Assembly: GCA_030141605.1 (NCBI GenBank)
Contig: JAQGDQ010000312.1
Location: forward strand, 1-64,000
Length of the DNA: 64,000 nt
Direction: 5' to 3'
Source of the DNA: Tubiluchus corallicola
Taxonomy: Eukaryota; Animalia; Priapulida
Position 1 is the stretch's first letter. The number at the start of each line of letters is the position of its first letter. Made by a program: the position numbers and the translations under genes. Below, piece after piece: positions 60,389 to 64,000 of this stretch. The notes beneath the pieces were generated by a model that searched no databases, was not told where the DNA came from, and saw only the letters and a list, made by a program, of their open reading frames with translations.

Positions 60389-61020
60389 TCATAGGTGTGT
60401 ATTAAATTTTGCCATAGTAATCTCCAAACATTCTCTCCTGCTATATTGTTCTAATCTGTCAATGGTTGCATCTTTGTCTTTAACCGACTCTTGCAATCTA
60501 GCAACAGTTAACTCCAGGGATTTTACTTTAGATGTAAGTGAGTTTACCTGTGTGACTACGCCTGAAATTTCCTTTTTCATGTCCTCAAATCTGTTTGAAA
60601 TAAACTGTTGCAATTGCTTAATTTCTTCAGAAAACTTTCTGTCTGATGCACGAACCTGCTCTTGTAAGCTTCGAATGGCATTCAACACTGTAGGCTGACC
60701 GACTGATCACCTGCTGCCGTCGTGTTGTTTTGCATTGACTGGGTATTCGTTGATAAATTTTGCGTAGTATCAGCTGTTTGTTGCGAAGCCCTTTCCCGCC
60801 ATATTTGAATTGTTTGGCGCGTTACTAGTTGAAGCGTTTTGTGCATTCATCTCAGCAACAGATTTCGGATTTTTCGATCCTCGTGTCTCCATCATCTCAT
60901 AATCAATTGTAATAAGCTTAGTTAAACGTTTAAATTTTGCGTAAGCACTTTAAATTTAATGATTTTTGTCAGAGCTCAATCAAAGACAAACTGCTGTTTT
61001 TGCGCCGCAGCGCCACCACT
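60389..61020 (-). mobile_element. 5' part of a non-LTR retrotransposon (CR1/L2-type ORF1 coiled coil), 3'-truncated
   Basis: Coiled coil followed by IDRLEQYSRRECLEI, a typical ORF1 motif. It breaks off at a local duplication AGGTGTGT..TAAATTTTGCCATAG (60361-60417). Confidence 0.75.
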
Positions 61021-62603
61021 GAAAGAGCATTTAATATTGAATATAAAACGCATATTTTAATATCTATTGTTGCCACCATTTATAACTCTGACGATCATTA
61101 ACTGACGCGCGTAAGATCGAAGGGTTTCCTTAGAGCATCTGGCTTCATTATCTTTGGCTTGTTGTGATGAAGAATTAGGAAAACTTATTAAATTTTCGAA
61201 AATAATAACAATAATAATAATAGATCGAAAAACAGGTTTAATATCTTGCAATCATCTCTGGAGGGTTTTTGTTTCTTGCCATCCTGTACAAGGATACGGA
61301 AAAAGCATACCAATTTTTAGGAAAAGTATTCAAGCGAAATTTTATTAAAGGAAAACAAGCAACTGATTAGACTCAAACCCATCTTAATTTACTGTCCAAA
61401 ATTTAACGTTTTCTTGCTTATAAAAGTTAGCATTTGTTTCTAATATTTAATTACTTTGGAAGGTTAATTAACGGCAAGGGAACACAGCCATCGCTTACGC
61501 CACAAGCTAACCACAGTGTTTTGTTCAGTTTGTTTGTCTGCATATTGTAACCCATAACGTCAATAAAAAAAATGACGAACACTTTGGTACAGGTTAATTT
61601 CCTTTATTGCTGTGCTCTAAAAAAGAAGTGAAGGCTGTGTAGAGGGGGGGGGGTCAACATAAATTGCAGTCTTGATAAACTACATTATGAAATTTGAAAT
61701 CTGAACTTCACCAGCAGACTATGAAACCCGAACTACTACTGCCCAATATACAATAGCCAGGACTCCTGTTACACCTCATTAACTTTAGTTGAAACCCAGT
61801 AAATGGTATGTAAATAGATAGTACAGTAAACAGCTCAAGAAATAGGTAAATTATTTTTACAGGCGAACAACCAAAAGATGGCAGCACCTCCCTAAGATAC
61901 TACCACTTTCTGCTAAGTCTAAGTCTAAAAAACCTTAATTATAAATTAATTATGCAGCTGCGTAACATAATGCATATTGTCAAATTGTTCCCTAAACAAT
62001 ACACACAGTTTGTGCAATGGTAGCCGCCTTCCTTGCCCGTCAAGCACATTTGCGTAAGCGAAGATTGATATAAGACTGATGTGATGTCACGTAAATGAGC
62101 TCTATGTGACACTAATCTCACAGATGAACACTGCAGTTCATAATCGTGCCTATCACGGTACAGCGTCTATTTGTCGGCCACGTGAATGTGACGAAAGGGC
62201 GCCATTGCCAGTATTAGTGGATTCACTGAAAAGCGTGTAGCTTCGAAAGTTTAACAAAATTTAACTATCCAAAGTAATTCTTATTTAATCTAAGATTTGA
62301 TTTAAAAAAAGCTGTTTGATTTAAAAAAAATTTAGACCATACTTTATTCTGAACTAATGTCTACACAATCATCAGATTTTTCTTTAAATAGAGCAAAAAT
62401 TAAAACTGATGTTTATTGTTGTGTTTATATGTATGTTATGTTGAAAACAATAAACACACGTGCGTGTTTTATAAAAGTTTGTTTATAGTAATACATATAT
62501 AATAATGCAACCAAAAATAACAATTTTCGAATATGATTACATTACTCAAATAAACAACTTCTTAGAATAGTTTAAAACAGCTGAATGTATAGTATTCCCA
62601 CTC

Positions 62604-62727
62604 AGTTGTGTTGGACATTATTAAATCTGGAAACATTTTTAACACAGAGTTGGACACTTAAAATCTGGAAACATTTTTAACACAGAGTTGGACACTTAAA
62701 ATCTGGAAACATTTTTAACACAGAGAA
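62604..62727. repeat. ~38-bp tandem repeat, ~3 copies
   Basis: GTTGGACACTTAAAATCTGGAAACATTTTTAACACAGA repeated. Confidence 0.85.
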
Positions 62728-62759
62728 AGATGATTTTAAAACATGTTAAAACTAATGAT

Positions 62760-63313
62760 CAGGGGCGTCGTGCACCAAAAAAAAAATTAGGGGGGTCCCA
62801 ACTGTATATAATGGCCGAACTTAACTGTTTAAAAAACGTATAATTTTGAATTCCCACACCAGTATTTTGCTTGCAAGAAAAATGATTTATTTATTCCCAA
62901 CTGGCATTTAACTTAAAGCTGCAGAAATTGAATTTGTAAGTGTAAGCAGACGCACCACAATTTAATCAGAGAGAATCGGCTTTCTAATCCAGCTAACACT
63001 GCAAGTGCTTATATAAGAAAGGGGGAAGCAATATCATTGGTCCAGTGCAAGGGGCCAATGGCCAATTACCTAGCAGCATAGCCACGAGAGCAGAGGATAA
63101 TCAATGCAACAATTGGACATTAGATTCAATCAATAATCATACCGATGTGTATATATAATCGCATATCATGCCTACAGTGGGAGATTTCACCGTTCTTCAA
63201 AATTTTACACCTTATTGGTCTCATTACAAGCCGCCGAAACCCTTAAAATTTTTGACATTTTATTAACAATGGGGGGGGGCAGGCCCCTGGGCCCCCATAG
63301 CACGACGCCACTG
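62760..63313. mobile_element. hAT-type MITE with perfect 8-bp TSD
   Basis: TIR CAGGGGCGTCGTGC / GCACGACGCCACTG (13/14), flanked by CTAATGAT at 62752-62759 and 63314-63321, with G/C-run subtermini. Confidence 0.9.
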
Positions 63314-64000
63314 CTAATGATGTGAATCAATCAATTAGTCGAATTTATGAAGATTACAACCACGTATAAACCCGTATAATCGGTGATTGAACAGTAATTC
63401 AATTAAATGAGATTATTCAAGAGCAAGATACATGTTGCAAACTGATTCAGAGGCAGTTTTTAGCACAAATACACAAGAATCTACTTCTTCATTTTTCTCG
63501 CTTAAACGATGCGCGCAATTGTGAACTACTGTTTTGGAAGCAGGGGTGGGAGAAGCATCTAATTCGTCGACGTGCACTGCGTGTAGTGACGTAGTCATTG
63601 AGCAGTTAACGGAAAAAGCGGAGCACGTCTATAAAAATAGTTCACGAGTACAAAATGGCAGACAGCGACAAAAGCCGTGAAGAAGTTTATAAGCTACATT
63701 TCACTGCAATTATTGAAAAGTGCAGCTAAAACACCAAAAAAATCGAAGCAAAGGATTAACCGTGACATCGAATTACAAAATTTCACAATCACTAGCTAAC
63801 ACACAACTTTCTTAATTTATAAACTCTAAAATAATACAAAAAAATCTTGTTTGCGACAAGTTATTGTTCACAACCAAAAGTAATAAAGTAATAAACTTGT
63901 AATAACACAACAAATATGTAATAATCATAATCACTTCTTAACTATACATGTACGGTACTTTTAACAAATGAAATATTGCAAAATGTATAAAAATGTAATA

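Noticed and set aside
63625-63730. TATAAAAA followed by AAAATGGCAGAC, a possible gene start
   Set aside because: The ORF closes after 24 codons, with no convincing donor or homology.

Overview
AT-rich, repeat-rich animal (invertebrate-like) genomic DNA with spliceosomal GT-AG genes. Left to right: the last two coding exons of FANCI (+); a complete 16-exon KATNAL2 (katanin p60 A-like 2 AAA ATPase, -, 564 aa as reconstructed by hand); an intronless ARFRP1 CDS (-); a degraded four-copy array built from 138-bp coding-like repeats (-); an RTE LINE fragment; and a complete 7-exon PCGF3-type Polycomb RING gene (+, 225 aa). Best novelty candidate: a decayed 6.3-kb BEL/Pao LTR retrotransposon in PCGF3 intron 4 carries an intronless glycogenin (GT8) catalytic domain in frame with gag. 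Other unusual features: (1) a ~70-copy 46-bp satellite built from a KATNAL2 exon end plus its 5' splice site, with many units shaped like 24-nt in-frame microexons; (2) two further KATNAL2 exon-junction duplications; (3) an intact orphan ETFA exon antisense within a KATNAL2 intron; (4) a 5S rRNA-headed SINE with a target-site duplication; (5) a non-autonomous Helitron and several MITEs. All gene and family calls come from manual reading and remembered family motifs; no database searches were run.
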